Under the pieces are notes generated by a model. It worked only from the letters and a program-made list of their open reading frames with translations. It made no database searches and was not told the DNA's origin. DNA of 44,954 nucleotides from contig JBDGRE010000004.1 of assembly GCA_042218325.1 (NCBI GenBank), forward strand, positions 1-44,954. Direction: 5' to 3'. Below, one piece after another: positions 1 through 10,300 of this stretch. This DNA is from Candidatus Nanohaloarchaea archaeon. Its GTDB lineage: Archaea > Nanohalarchaeota > Nanosalinia > Nanosalinales > Nanosalinaceae. Both the position numbers and the translations under genes were made by a program. Positions within the stretch are counted from its first letter, which is position 1. Each line of letters opens with the position of its first letter.

Positions 1-42
1 CGCCCCCTCAGGACTGTGCACCAACAGTTCAGGCAAACAGGG
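1..42 (+). repeat. att-like site copy 1 (tRNA 3'-end core + 30-bp arm)
   Basis: CGCCCCCTCAGG matches the tRNA 3' end (24977-24988) and is followed by ACTGTGCACCAACAGTTCAGGCAAACAGGG; 30/37 identical to copy 2 and 26/37 to copy 3 without gaps. Confidence 0.85.
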
Positions 43-132
43 CGAAAATTCGTATATAATTAAGTGATGATATCACTCCCTACAGTAAAGGTATTAAGTG
101 TGTACGTAACATCTATTGCCGTGGTCACTACA

Positions 133-282
133 ATGCCTGAAGCCGTCAAGAAATCTGATAGAAGTATAGAAGAGTTAATGAAAGGAATGAAAGAAGGAGC
201 GAAAGATATGATTGAGGGAAATACTGAGTCCGATAACTCTAAGATTAGAGATCAGATTGAAAAATTGAGAGAGGATCTCTGA
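133..282 (+). CDS. Small charged protein (49 aa), possible antitoxin
   Basis: ATG at 133 within the 64..282 ORF; convergent with and overlapping the 3' end of the RelE-like gene. Confidence 0.4.
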   Translation: MPEAVKKSDRSIEELMKGMKEGAKDMIEGNTESDNSKIRDQIEKLREDL

Positions 283-583
283 TTTTGCCCGTAAGCTTCT
301 TTGACTCTTTCTTAGTCAATACTCTCCAGCCGTATATAGCATCATCCTCCAGTTCTTCTACATATTCTCCCTCTATAAACCAGGCTCTGTAATCCCTGCC
401 AAGATTCATCTGCAGAACCGGATTCATATTCCCTGAGAGAAACTTGTCGAAAGCCTGTCTCGGTGTAGCACCTAAATCCAGATTCTTTTCAACAGCATCT
501 TTCTTACTCATGTAGGTCTCAACAACCTTATCAGGAAGAGCAGCTAGATCCTTCATAGCCCTCTCAGTTACCTCGATCTCCAT
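245..583 (-). CDS. RelE/ParE-like toxin-fold protein
   Basis: N-terminal MEIEVTERAMKDLAALP and GRDYRAWF resemble RelE-family patterns; 112 aa. Confidence 0.6.
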   Translation of the reverse strand: MEIEVTERAMKDLAALPDKVVETYMSKKDAVEKNLDLGATPRQAFDKFLSGNMNPVLQMNLGRDYRAWFIEGEYVEELEDDAIYGWRVLTKKESKKLTGKIRDPLSIFQSDL

Positions 584-658
584 AATCTGAAATCAGACTA
601 AATCGTTAATATATCAACAGGTAGGCGCCCGGATTTACTAACTATGATTTCATTTAAA

Positions 659-695
659 CCTCAGGCATATGCACCAACAGTATAGGCTAATAGGG
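659..695 (+). repeat. att-like site copy 2 (7-bp core CCTCAGG + arm)
   Basis: CCTCAGG-CATATGCACCAACAGTATAGGCTAATAGGG aligns ungapped with copies 1 and 3. Confidence 0.8.
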
Positions 696-708
696 ATTTC
701 GGCATCAT

Positions 709-2235
709 TTAGTTGAATAGTCCCTTTAGACTTCTTTTTACACCCTCAATCTTGATTAGCAAATGTAAGAGAGCTAAAAGAGGTAACGCTGCAAGTAAAG
801 CAAGCGCCCGGCTTCCTCTACCTTTGTCTTCATCCTCAAGAGTTGCTACCGTTTTCGATAGGGCTGATTCCAGCGAAAGCCTAGAACCACCATATGAAGT
901 AATCTCGCCGGCAGAATTTGATTCGAGTTCTTCAATCGATTTCTCAATGGCTTCCTTATACTCTTTATCTTCTGCTTCAGCCTTCAGATCTTCAAGTTTT
1001 TTCTTGGTTTTATTATCGCCGAGTCTACCAATAACTGTTGGCGCATTTAGCTGGATATATCCCGACTCATCTTTAAGACTTTCCACGAGTTTCGGCATTG
1101 CTTGCGTTACTTCATCACTTGGTATATCATACCGTTTGAAATCAGAAAGCTCACATAACGCACCCAGGGCATTCTCTCTAACCTTTCTATCTTCATCTTT
1201 AAGCCTCTTAACTAGAGGAATGAATACTCCAACATCATCTCTGAACCGAAGTGCAGAAGTTACTGATCTTCTTACCTCCTCGGATTCCTGATCGAGGTTG
1301 TCCAAAAGCACATCGGTCGATGAATCAGTCTCAATTCTCTCAAGTGTAAAGGCGGCTGACGATTTGACCTCCGAACTTTGATCATCCTCTAGAATATCGT
1401 CGAGCTTATTGACTATCTCATCGCTACCGTAGGAAGCCAGCGTCCGTCCGATCGCTCTCCTAACTATCTTACTTTCCTCTGACTTCATGGCGGATAACAA
1501 CTGATCCCTGACATTTTCCTCTTCAAGCCCTTTAAGCGAACAAGCAGAGACTTTTCTCAGCTCCTGAGACTCCGTATGTTCAAGCTGTTCAATTAAAGTC
1601 TCAACCACTGTTTTCCTATCTCCTTTGTAAAGCCTTCTCAGAGATTTAATCAAAGTCAATCGAAGATCGTCGGGAGTAGAGCCATCAGAGATAATCCTAC
1701 TTATAGAGGTAATCGCTCTATCATCGCCTCTTACAGCCAGAAGAAACGCCGCCCTTTTCTTGTCCTGCTTGCCGCCCTTCTCAAGGATATCCAGCAACTC
1801 TTCGTTGTCAAGGTTTTCCCAGGATTCGTGTTCGTCTGGCTCTCTAAGGATAACTTTATCTGGATTTAAGTAAAGTGCGTGCTTCGTCCAGCAGTCAGAT
1901 CTTTCAGTACCTATTTTGTGACCGTTCTTGCATTCTGTATTCTCTCCCTCTAAACCGTCAACACCACAGCAACCTACTACTTTATCGTAATCTAGCCTTG
2001 TATCTTTAGCATCTCTGAGATTGATCACGAAGCAATGTTCCTTATCATCATAGAAATTGTATTTGTCATCTCCTTCAGCCTTGATGAAGAACCCTTCTGG
2101 CAACAAATCCTCTCCATCCGATGCATCCTGAATTCTGTAATTCGGGAGAGTTTCATCCATCAAACCTCTGTCTTCTAATTCAGCTACATCCTTGGAAACC
2201 GGCGCTCCACATTCCTCGCATTTGAATACAGCCAT
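709..2235 (-). CDS. HEAT (PBS-lyase-like) repeat protein with N-terminal Cys/His metal-binding domain and C-terminal hydrophobic anchor
   Basis: CEEC...GCCG...CKNGH...DCW N-terminus; repeated VRxxAAxxLG-type helices; C-terminal ALALLAALPLLALLHLLI. Start placed at MAVFKC (alternative 2259). Confidence 0.8.
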   Translation of the reverse strand: MAVFKCEECGAPVSKDVAELEDRGLMDETLPNYRIQDASDGEDLLPEGFFIKAEGDDKYNFYDDKEHCFVINLRDAKDTRLDYDKVVGCCGVDGLEGENTECKNGHKIGTERSDCWTKHALYLNPDKVILREPDEHESWENLDNEELLDILEKGGKQDKKRAAFLLAVRGDDRAITSISRIISDGSTPDDLRLTLIKSLRRLYKGDRKTVVETLIEQLEHTESQELRKVSACSLKGLEEENVRDQLLSAMKSEESKIVRRAIGRTLASYGSDEIVNKLDDILEDDQSSEVKSSAAFTLERIETDSSTDVLLDNLDQESEEVRRSVTSALRFRDDVGVFIPLVKRLKDEDRKVRENALGALCELSDFKRYDIPSDEVTQAMPKLVESLKDESGYIQLNAPTVIGRLGDNKTKKKLEDLKAEAEDKEYKEAIEKSIEELESNSAGEITSYGGSRLSLESALSKTVATLEDEDKGRGSRALALLAALPLLALLHLLIKIEGVKRSLKGLFN

Positions 2236-2396
2236 TCTGTAAGTAAACTTACATCGCATCTTTTTGTACCTATAGAAAGCTTCAATCTAAAGGAGTGTAT
2301 TTAGAGGTAAAAAGTCTATTCAAGATTTTTATTAACTTCGTATAAGATTTTGAATATATTTAAGCGTTTATATCCGATATAAAGAGTTTTAAGAGC

Positions 2397-2439
2397 CCGC
2401 CCCCTCAGGGATGTGACCGTTCTGTTCGGGTAATCAGGG
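2397..2439 (+). repeat. att-like site copy 3 (best attR: 16-bp tRNA duplication + arm)
   Basis: CCGCCCCCTCAGGGAT identical to 24976-24991, followed by GTGACCGTTCTGTTCGGGTAATCAGGG. Confidence 0.9.
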
Positions 2440-2442
2440 ATT

Positions 2443-2811
2443 TTACTCTTCCTTCTCTATATTTTCAACTAATCCGTCTAACTTTTCTATTTCTTCTTCA
2501 ATAGATTGTTTCTTTTCAGTTGAAACTTCTTCCTTTAGAGAATGTAGAATATCAATAGCTTCTTCCTCGTCTTCAACCGTCATTAATTCATAGAAAATAT
2601 TTGCAGCTTCTCGTATCTTCACCGCCGCCTCTGTAGGCTTGCTATCATAATCACGCTTTGCTTCCTCGAGTTTAGCTTTGCCCTTCCAGAATCTAGTATC
2701 CGCGTCACTATCTGCTTTATCAGCCGCCTCCCTGAATTTCTTCGCTGCCTCTTTATGTCTGCCTTTATCCTTTAGTTTTTCTGCTTCTTTATAGACATCT
2801 TGATCGCTCAT
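2443..2811 (-). CDS. Small TPR-like helical protein
   Basis: KEAEKL...AAKKFREAADKADSD helical repeats; paralogous to 14778..15068. Confidence 0.7.
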   Translation of the reverse strand: MSDQDVYKEAEKLKDKGRHKEAAKKFREAADKADSDADTRFWKGKAKLEEAKRDYDSKPTEAAVKIREAANIFYELMTVEDEEEAIDILHSLKEEVSTEKKQSIEEEIEKLDGLVENIEKEE

Positions 2812-2910
2812 AATCCAGAACTTGTAATGGAACTATTTATTGTGTGGGCTATTCTCCATCAAATAGTATTTCAATTAGATTTTCATGACTGGAAAACAAA
2901 TACTGTATAC

Positions 2911-3051
2911 ATGTCTGAAGAAGATTCAGGACGGAATGAGTGTAAAGGTGTTGGCCCTAAATCACCTATTATCAGACATTATAGGAAAGCACTGAATCCT
3001 CCAGAGTCCTGGCAAGAAGAAAATAGAAAGTGGTGGAAAGAAAAAGATTGA
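2911..3051 (+). CDS. Small hypothetical protein (46 aa)
   Basis: ATG at 2911 within the 2800..3051 ORF; charged composition; no motif recognised. Confidence 0.3.
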   Translation: MSEEDSGRNECKGVGPKSPIIRHYRKALNPPESWQEENRKWWKEKD

Positions 3052-3070
3052 ATTTTACACCTTAGTTACT

Positions 3071-3298
3071 CTATAACGCCGTTATGTCTAGTCCAAACTC
3101 TTGGTTCATCCAGGTTACTGGAGCAGTTATCTCTGTTCCGAAATCGCCTGCTGCCAATATTATACGGGGTTTATTGTCAAGTTCAAATTCAGCTTAGCCG
3201 TCTTCACCGATTGTTACTTCCTTTCCGGATCCACTTAGGTGCTCTCGGAATTTTTTGCCTACCTCCTCCGGCTGAAGTCCATGTACCTTTATCCATAG
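3071..3298 (-). pseudogene. Fragment of a NucS/DUF91-like endonuclease-family gene with internal stop
   Basis: Manual translation ...TIGEDG*AEFELDNKPRIILAAGDFGTEITAPVTWMNQEFGLDITAL* resembles the IRMLFVADEIPSELRSIVEFLN segment of 15457..16554; TAA at 3194-3196; no start codon seen. Confidence 0.55.
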
Positions 3299-3299
3299 T

Positions 3300-3617
3300 G
3301 AAGATGAGAGATACAAGATTATAACCTGGGCTGATCTGAAGAAAAGAGAGGTCAAGGAGACGATTTACCCTATAATTGCAGAATTGGCTAACCAGCTGGC
3401 TCTAAAAATAGAGCAGGAGTATGAGGACTCAGAAGATGTTTTCGGCCAAATAAAGGAAGAGACAATAGGTCGATGGTATTATGATAAGAAGAAAGGTCAG
3501 CAGCTACATATCGCCGAGTACCTGGATATGACAGAGATAAACAAGTCATCAGGTCGAACGACGAATTGCTTGAGGAATGCGGATTTAATTCTAGAAATCA
3601 GCTGGACAAGCAGTTAG
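3300..3617 (+). pseudogene. Truncated gene fragment (unknown family)
   Basis: Open frame EDERYKIITWADLKKREVKETIYPIIAELANQLA... has no ATG and starts back-to-back with the previous fragment. Confidence 0.35.
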
Positions 3618-3759
3618 GCAAGATTCAGAGATTACGCGATAAAGTAATGCACGCCAATAGCACGTTAATAAGAGATAAATCCGATATACAGAATCTTCTT
3701 GATCGGGTTAATATGGCTGATAGGATAGTTCGTAATCTCGAGTAGTCCAGTATGGAGAA

Positions 3760-5589
3760 TTACGCCTTTTCAGGCCATCTATCTTTGATTCTGTTTATCA
3801 TGTCTTCCTCTCTGTTCCTTATCTTTTCTTTACTCCATTGGTCGTTTTTGAATACTTTCTCAAGCATCCGGAATTTGGATCCGGCGAAGTTATCTTTCTT
3901 TTCTTCAAAGGTGTCGTTTTGATTGGAGGAGTTATCTTCGGGAGTCATGAGAGCCAAGTTCCCTAACCGGTGAGTATTTTCCTCAATTACTTCTTTCTTT
4001 TCCTCTTCCATGTCTTCTGAAGGTGTTTGTGGCCATATATGTTCGACCGAGAATCTATCATCTTTATTGGTTTTTATCCGCTCTGCATCAAATGGTATGT
4101 CCTCTTTTTCATGCTCTAAGGATGTTTCGTAGGTGTAGAGGAGGAACCTTAGTTCGTCTAGCCTGTTGGAACCAGCATAGTACTCATACACATCCTGATT
4201 CTGTAGCACTTGGTCGATATCATCATTGTCGCAGTATTTACCGATATATTGGTCTAGCTTCTCTACTACGCCCTCAATATCTTTAGGTTCGATATTATCC
4301 GGGACGTTCCTCTTTTGGTTATAGTAAAGCTGTCTTGCTAATGGGTAAGCTCTGGTTCTACCTGTGTCGGCTGATTTCTTCTGGATAATGTAAGTCCTTA
4401 CTATGAATGCCTCGATTCTTTCAAATAATAGGCACAGCTTCTCTCTGCTTATCTGCCCATTCTTGTACTGGTCGTAAGCCGTGATAATTAGAGGATAGAA
4501 GTTGGCTAATCTCCCCGCAACAGATAACTTCTCTAACCTAGTTCTGATTTCTTCATCATCTATCTTCTCAGGGTTAGTGATATCCTTCAATCTATCAAAT
4601 ATAGTTTGGAGTTCGTTTGTGTACCGAAGAATCTCTTCGGGGCTATCTGTACGGCGGAAATAAGTCTTCAAATGGTCTAAATGATCCTGATAATACCTCT
4701 TGTCTCGTCCTGTAGTCCAGTCTGGATTCCACATGATGAAGTGGTACCGCTGGACACTGTCTTCATCTATCTTTTCAGAAACGTCTTCTATAGAGTTGTA
4801 GATTTCTCTGAAATCTTCCTCTATCCTTTCGATTTCTTGTTCTGCATTTTCATCAGATATTAGCGAGATTCTGTGCATAAGGTAGCTTTTCGTTATCTCT
4901 AAATCGGTCAATCTCTTACCTCGGTCGTTCACTGTCTGGAATATGCGGGCTGCTTCGCTCTTAGATTCTACTGCATAGGATAGAAGCGGCAGCTCTTTCA
5001 CAGTTTCAAACAGTTTCTTATAGAAATCCAGCTCGTCTTCTACATCTATGCTTTCAGGAGGTCCTTGAGACAGTTTTTCCCTAAAGAATTCTTTTGTTTC
5101 ATAAAGTCTTCTCTGAGAGGAGGAATCAAAGTTTGCCTTGGACATAGCGTCCTCTTTTCTATTATTCTTATGGTCATACATTACCCCCTCCAATATTATG
5201 TTCTTAAAGAAGACTTTATCGTTACCTAAAAGCTCCAGCTTCTGGCTTCCATAGTCAGTTATATATTGCCCTGTTATTTTCTTGGAGGTAGTTTCATCGC
5301 CTTTCTTCTCGAACTGTCGCTGAAGTTCGAAGAGGAGAATTAGAAGAGTGGTCATCCTTTGTTGACCGTCAATCACTTTCTGTACTTTCTCTCCGTCTTC
5401 CTCGTCTTTATTAAGAAGAAAAGCACCTATGTAGTGATCTCTATCCATTTCAATAGCTTCAATTAAATCGTCCCAAAGATCTTCTCTCTGCTCCTTTTCC
5501 CAAGAATAGTTTCTCTGATACTTCGGAATTTTGAATAAATTGTCTCCCGTTATTAGCTTGCTAAATCTTTGTTTATCCGAAGAAGCCAT
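3760..5589 (-). CDS. GmrSD-family (DUF262 + DUF1524 HNH) type IV restriction endonuclease
   Basis: IPKYQRNYSW, VIDGQQRMTT, IFQTVNDRGKRL (DUF262); EHIWPQ...LGNLALM...N (DUF1524). Confidence 0.92.
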   Translation of the reverse strand: MASSDKQRFSKLITGDNLFKIPKYQRNYSWEKEQREDLWDDLIEAIEMDRDHYIGAFLLNKDEEDGEKVQKVIDGQQRMTTLLILLFELQRQFEKKGDETTSKKITGQYITDYGSQKLELLGNDKVFFKNIILEGVMYDHKNNRKEDAMSKANFDSSSQRRLYETKEFFREKLSQGPPESIDVEDELDFYKKLFETVKELPLLSYAVESKSEAARIFQTVNDRGKRLTDLEITKSYLMHRISLISDENAEQEIERIEEDFREIYNSIEDVSEKIDEDSVQRYHFIMWNPDWTTGRDKRYYQDHLDHLKTYFRRTDSPEEILRYTNELQTIFDRLKDITNPEKIDDEEIRTRLEKLSVAGRLANFYPLIITAYDQYKNGQISREKLCLLFERIEAFIVRTYIIQKKSADTGRTRAYPLARQLYYNQKRNVPDNIEPKDIEGVVEKLDQYIGKYCDNDDIDQVLQNQDVYEYYAGSNRLDELRFLLYTYETSLEHEKEDIPFDAERIKTNKDDRFSVEHIWPQTPSEDMEEEKKEVIEENTHRLGNLALMTPEDNSSNQNDTFEEKKDNFAGSKFRMLEKVFKNDQWSKEKIRNREEDMINRIKDRWPEKA

Positions 5590-5650
5590 GATTTACCGTT
5601 CTCTATAACTCTTTTTAGTCGTTTGGCTACTATTTCTTCTCCAAATTATC

Positions 5651-7243
5651 TTAGTTACTCTGAACAGGTTTCTCCTCTCTGCTTATATCTGAAGATGCGA
5701 GTTTGATAGTTTTCCCTTCTTCAATTTCAGGTTGATTATAGGTTAATTTCCTGAACCAGTCCGGTTTCTCTGTATGGATTGCGAGGAGAGAGCTTGGATT
5801 AATCTCCTCTATCATTTCTTTGATTTCTTTCTGTGACATGTGTCCCGAGGCGTGGGCTTTACGCATCTGAAGGTTGAAGTGGTTCAGCCAGTTGTGGACG
5901 CGTCGCTGTTCTATTTCCATTTCCTGGTTGAACGGCTCTGTCCTCGACCATAAGTACATGCCTCGTTCCGGTTTGAGGTCTATTAAGTCCTTTAGGCGGT
6001 AGTAATCGGTGTATAAAACGTAGTTTTCGAGGTTGTCGCAGATGTCCAGCGGCGTCACAGTATCGTCCCGCATCACCAGCTCTCTTTCCCATCCACTTCT
6101 GTAATCCTTCTTGACTAATCCATCATGGTTGGAGTCGTCGATATCGATTTCATCCAGACGTTTCCATTCGCCGCTCGGAGTTCTAAACTTGTGCATCAGC
6201 ATACCCCATCCTTTCTGGGGTGCAAGTATCCGTATATGAGGGCTGTCAACAGATAGGTCGTCCCAGGGCAGTAACCCGTTTTCCTCTAGTTCCTTAAGCA
6301 TATGTGCCTGCCAGGTTCGCACAACATACTGGCGGTCGTTGCCTTTCGCAGCTCTCACAACAGACCGCATCCTCTCTAGATCCAGGCGCGGGTGGTTGAC
6401 AAATACTCCGTCATTTTCCTCTCCTATATACCACTGTAGCTTCTCTCTCACCTTTTCTTCTGGAGGAATCTCTTCCGAGTTCCCGACATTGGTTCCTTCT
6501 GTGATCAGATAGTCGGGTTCGAAATTTCTCGATGCCTCAATAAAATTCTCTGTGTGATGGCTTTGGTAGCCGTGTAGACGCAAATCTCCTGTATAGGCTA
6601 TACAGTTCTGAGGTGTTTCAATATGGAATCCGGCCGCTCCCGGTAAGGAGTGGTTGACTCTGTAACATGTTACCTCTGTGTCTCCTATGGATACAGTCTC
6701 CTCGTTTCCTATAGTGTTTATATCCCGTTGCTTGTAGATACTTCTATCAATAGACTTGATGTCACGGTCGAACTTGGTCAGTTCATCCTTTCTGGACTTC
6801 CTCCTGAGATGGAACGATTCCTTCATTTCCACGAACTCGTCGAAGGTATAGCTGCCGGTATCCTGGACAACATCCATCATGGTCGCGGTTGTAGGAGTGC
6901 AGTAAATCGGTATATCGCTTCGGAGAAAGTGGACATATCCGATGTGATCCATGTGGGCATGCGTAAGGAAGACAGCATCAAAAGCAGGTTCCTCCTGAAC
7001 ATCTTTTCCAAGGTGCTTGAGGTAATCCTTTCTGTATAGCCCTTTGATGTCAGGTAAGAGCCCTAGCTCCAGGAAGTCTTCGATACCGTGAGCCTTTCTG
7101 GGATTCAAGAACTCAGAGAAATAATCGCTTTCTGCGCCAAAATTCTTACCGAAATCAAACAGAAGACGGGCATTATCTGTTTCTAAATCGATTATATTCC
7201 CGCCTATCTCCCTGACGCCGCCGTAGAAAGTGATGTTCTCCAT
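5651..7243 (-). CDS. MBL/beta-CASP metallo-hydrolase, RNase J-like
   Basis: GGVREIGGN, THAHMDH, HSLPG, YTGDLRLHG, HASGH and IHTE motifs. Confidence 0.88.
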   Translation of the reverse strand: MENITFYGGVREIGGNIIDLETDNARLLFDFGKNFGAESDYFSEFLNPRKAHGIEDFLELGLLPDIKGLYRKDYLKHLGKDVQEEPAFDAVFLTHAHMDHIGYVHFLRSDIPIYCTPTTATMMDVVQDTGSYTFDEFVEMKESFHLRRKSRKDELTKFDRDIKSIDRSIYKQRDINTIGNEETVSIGDTEVTCYRVNHSLPGAAGFHIETPQNCIAYTGDLRLHGYQSHHTENFIEASRNFEPDYLITEGTNVGNSEEIPPEEKVREKLQWYIGEENDGVFVNHPRLDLERMRSVVRAAKGNDRQYVVRTWQAHMLKELEENGLLPWDDLSVDSPHIRILAPQKGWGMLMHKFRTPSGEWKRLDEIDIDDSNHDGLVKKDYRSGWERELVMRDDTVTPLDICDNLENYVLYTDYYRLKDLIDLKPERGMYLWSRTEPFNQEMEIEQRRVHNWLNHFNLQMRKAHASGHMSQKEIKEMIEEINPSSLLAIHTEKPDWFRKLTYNQPEIEEGKTIKLASSDISREEKPVQSN

Positions 7244-7300
7244 TAAAGAAAAGTTCGAACAGGTGCTGTAAAAAATGACCGATAGATTAAATCTAAAGAT

Positions 7301-10300
7301 TTACTTCTCTTCTATAGCCATCCAGCAAATCAGCTGAATTTCTTCCTTATCTATAGGATCTAGAGGTTCTGGGGGTTCAAATGGTTGAAGTCCCAACTCC
7401 TCGATTTTATCCAATAGCTCTTCAGATTTCTCCATGTTTCCTAGATTTTCATCTTCGTATATATCCCTCAGTTCTCTTTCATATCGACGTCCATACGGTG
7501 CTTCTACTGAATCTATTGCTCTCTCCAGCTCAGACTGACTAATATCTTCAGGAGGATTCTCTCTAAGATGCTCGGCAACCTGACGGAACAAAGGTCTAAT
7601 CTCGGGTTGTCTGTTTCTAGGGTCTGTTTGTTCCTGCCAATCTTCATAGATATCGTCTCTCGCCTTCTTCCAAGCATCATATATTCTCTCTCGGCTTTCA
7701 CCATCTAGGCTTCTATCTGTTTCTTCATCGCACTCGATATTCTGTAGACAGGTTAGTGTATCTGATACAATCTCGCCATCGGATTTTGGTATAAATCGAG
7801 TGAAAAAGTTGTCTTCACCTACTTTAGCAGCGAAGAAGTATCCCGGATTCTCTCCTTTATATCCTGATCCTGCTGCCCAAGGCAGGGATTTAATATCATC
7901 TTCTCTTTCCTGTAATCCTTTTCTTAACTCTTGCCTATATTCTTCTCCCGAATAGGTGGCTGAGTCCTTATCCTTGTCAAACGCTTCCTCTTCTTCCTCT
8001 CTAATCTTCTCTATTTGTTCTCTTTTCTCAGCAAAATTTTGTTCTACAGTATCAGAATCTGGTATTACTTCATTTTCTAACCCAACAGATTTAGCAGCTC
8101 TAGTTATCTTTTTCCTTACCCTATTCTCTAGAGTCAGTAGCTCATCTAATCTATCTTCTGGAAAAAATGTATGTGCGAATATTTGTGAGTGCGGAGAATT
8201 GATTCTATCGATTCGACCGTTTCTCTGGACCACTCTCATTGGATTCCAAGGCAGATCATAGTTCATTACATGTCTTGCATCTTGTAGATTAGCTCCTTGG
8301 CCTAACACATCTGTAGCTACTAAGATATCGAATTTGTCATCTCCTGTCGGAGAATCTGTTGACTCAGGCGCGAACCCTTGTACAGCTTCTTTTTTGGTGC
8401 TTGCGTCTCCTTTAGCTTCATTACTAGTTATGCCTGCTATTCTATCTTTGTACCACTTTAGCTCCTCTTCGCTTTCTACAGCAGTTTCTAGATAATCTAT
8501 AATTCTATCAACTGTGTCTTCAAAGTAAGAGAAAATCAGTATTTTTCTATTTTGTCTAAATTCTTTATCTCCGGAAGCATCTTCTTCAGCCTCCTTGACA
8601 ATATCCTTTAGTTTCTCCTTCATTTTTTCTAGTTTGCAGTCTTCTTCCAGAGATACGCTTTCTGCTCTGTTTCTCCATCTTCTCAGAATTTCTAAATCGT
8701 TCTCTAGATCATCCTTAAGTCTTGATTTATCTACGTTATCTCCTAGTTCTCTCACTTCTTCCTCGCCGAATACTTCTTCAAATGCTTCGTCGCTATCTGC
8801 CTCAATCCATTCATCTATAGCGTTTGGATCGGGGAACTTCCCATTTTCCAGAAGCTCTAATGAAGCGTTATACTGATCTATCATGCCTTCAACCGTATTT
8901 ATGAAGGCGTCAAGTGATGATTCAAATCTCTTGAGAAGACCAGTTCTCAGGAGCCCTGCCAGAGCAATTTCAGAGTGGTCAATCTCCTTATCTTTCCTGT
9001 ATTTAGAGGGCATATAACGGGCCAGCGACAGCTCCGGATCTTCTCTTTCCCCAGCTGCTAAACCATCTGCAACATCTTCGAAGAATTCATCGCTGATAAT
9101 TCCTTCAAAGTCATAATCTACTCTTTCCGGATTCGTTTCCGGGAACTTTATTCGTATAGTATTTCCATTAACCTCTATCTGTTCATTCTGATAATTTTTC
9201 TTGACAAAACTACGTGTTCTCCTTACTGTCGTCTTATCCAAGACATCGAATAACATCTCTGGACTTAAGTCAGAAGGATCCTCGGATTGTGCTTCCTTGA
9301 ATTTCTCCTTAAGTGAAGGTATTCCTTCATTAGCGAATTTGGCATCATTCTTGACAAAGTAATTTAGCTGGTAGTATAGATCCCAGAGAGAGTTGTTTAC
9401 AGGGGTAGCAGTTATTAGAACTAAATCTTTTGGAGGATCCCCTCTTAGAAGGGTTCTTAGTGCATGGGCTTGATCTGTTCCTGGATTTCTGAAGGCATGA
9501 GCTTCATCAACTATTACGAGCTGATATTCTTCCTTATCCCTGTTGAGATATTCTCTTTCACCTCCTAGTTGTTTTTCGTTTCGTAGTTCAGCATAGGAAA
9601 TAGTGTCAAATTGGACTTGCCATTCTGACCTTTTCTTTTCCCACATTCCTTCTTTGAGATAAGCCGGAGCTATTACTAGAGCTTTCTGTCGGTGTTCATC
9701 TACTGCTTCTCGAATAAGATCTCCTGCGATATAGGTTTTTCCTAACCCTACACTGTCTGCCAGTATAACGCCGTTATGCTCATCAAGGAATTTCTTGGCT
9801 CGAAACTTACCATCATTTTGGAAAGTTGTTAGTTCTATCTTATCTCCTCTCTGTTCCTCCTCATCCCTAATTTCATCCTTATACCGTTCCCACAAGACTC
9901 TAAGATAAATCAAGTAAGGATCATACGGCTCGAATCTCTCCTCATACAGCGAAGCTAAATCATATGGCTCGCTCCTCTCCCATAAGTCTTCGAACCAATC
10001 TCTTACCTCTCTAGTTACTCTTGGGTCGTATTGCCCTAGATTAAGTTCTAAATTTGTATTGAGACCTCCTCCTGTAAAATTGGATGATCCTGCTATGACA
10101 CCTTCTTCTACATTACTGAAAAGGTAAGCTTTTCCGTGAAGAAACTCTTCTTCAAATCTCCGTACTTCTACTTTATCGCTTCTTAAAACCTTAAGCATAT
10201 GTTTTAGGTTACTTTCAACTTCTTCTGAAAATCCTAGAAGATCTCTATCCTCTTCTAAGTCCTGGTCTAATTTCTGAAGTTGATCCTCTATCTTTTCAGC

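Noticed and set aside
1-2439. Repeats read as a CRISPR array or classical integron attC sites
   Set aside because: Spacing is 0.65-1.7 kb, there are no cas genes, no RYYYAAC/GTTRRRY ends are seen, the core derives from the tRNA, and the integrase is not recognisably IntI.
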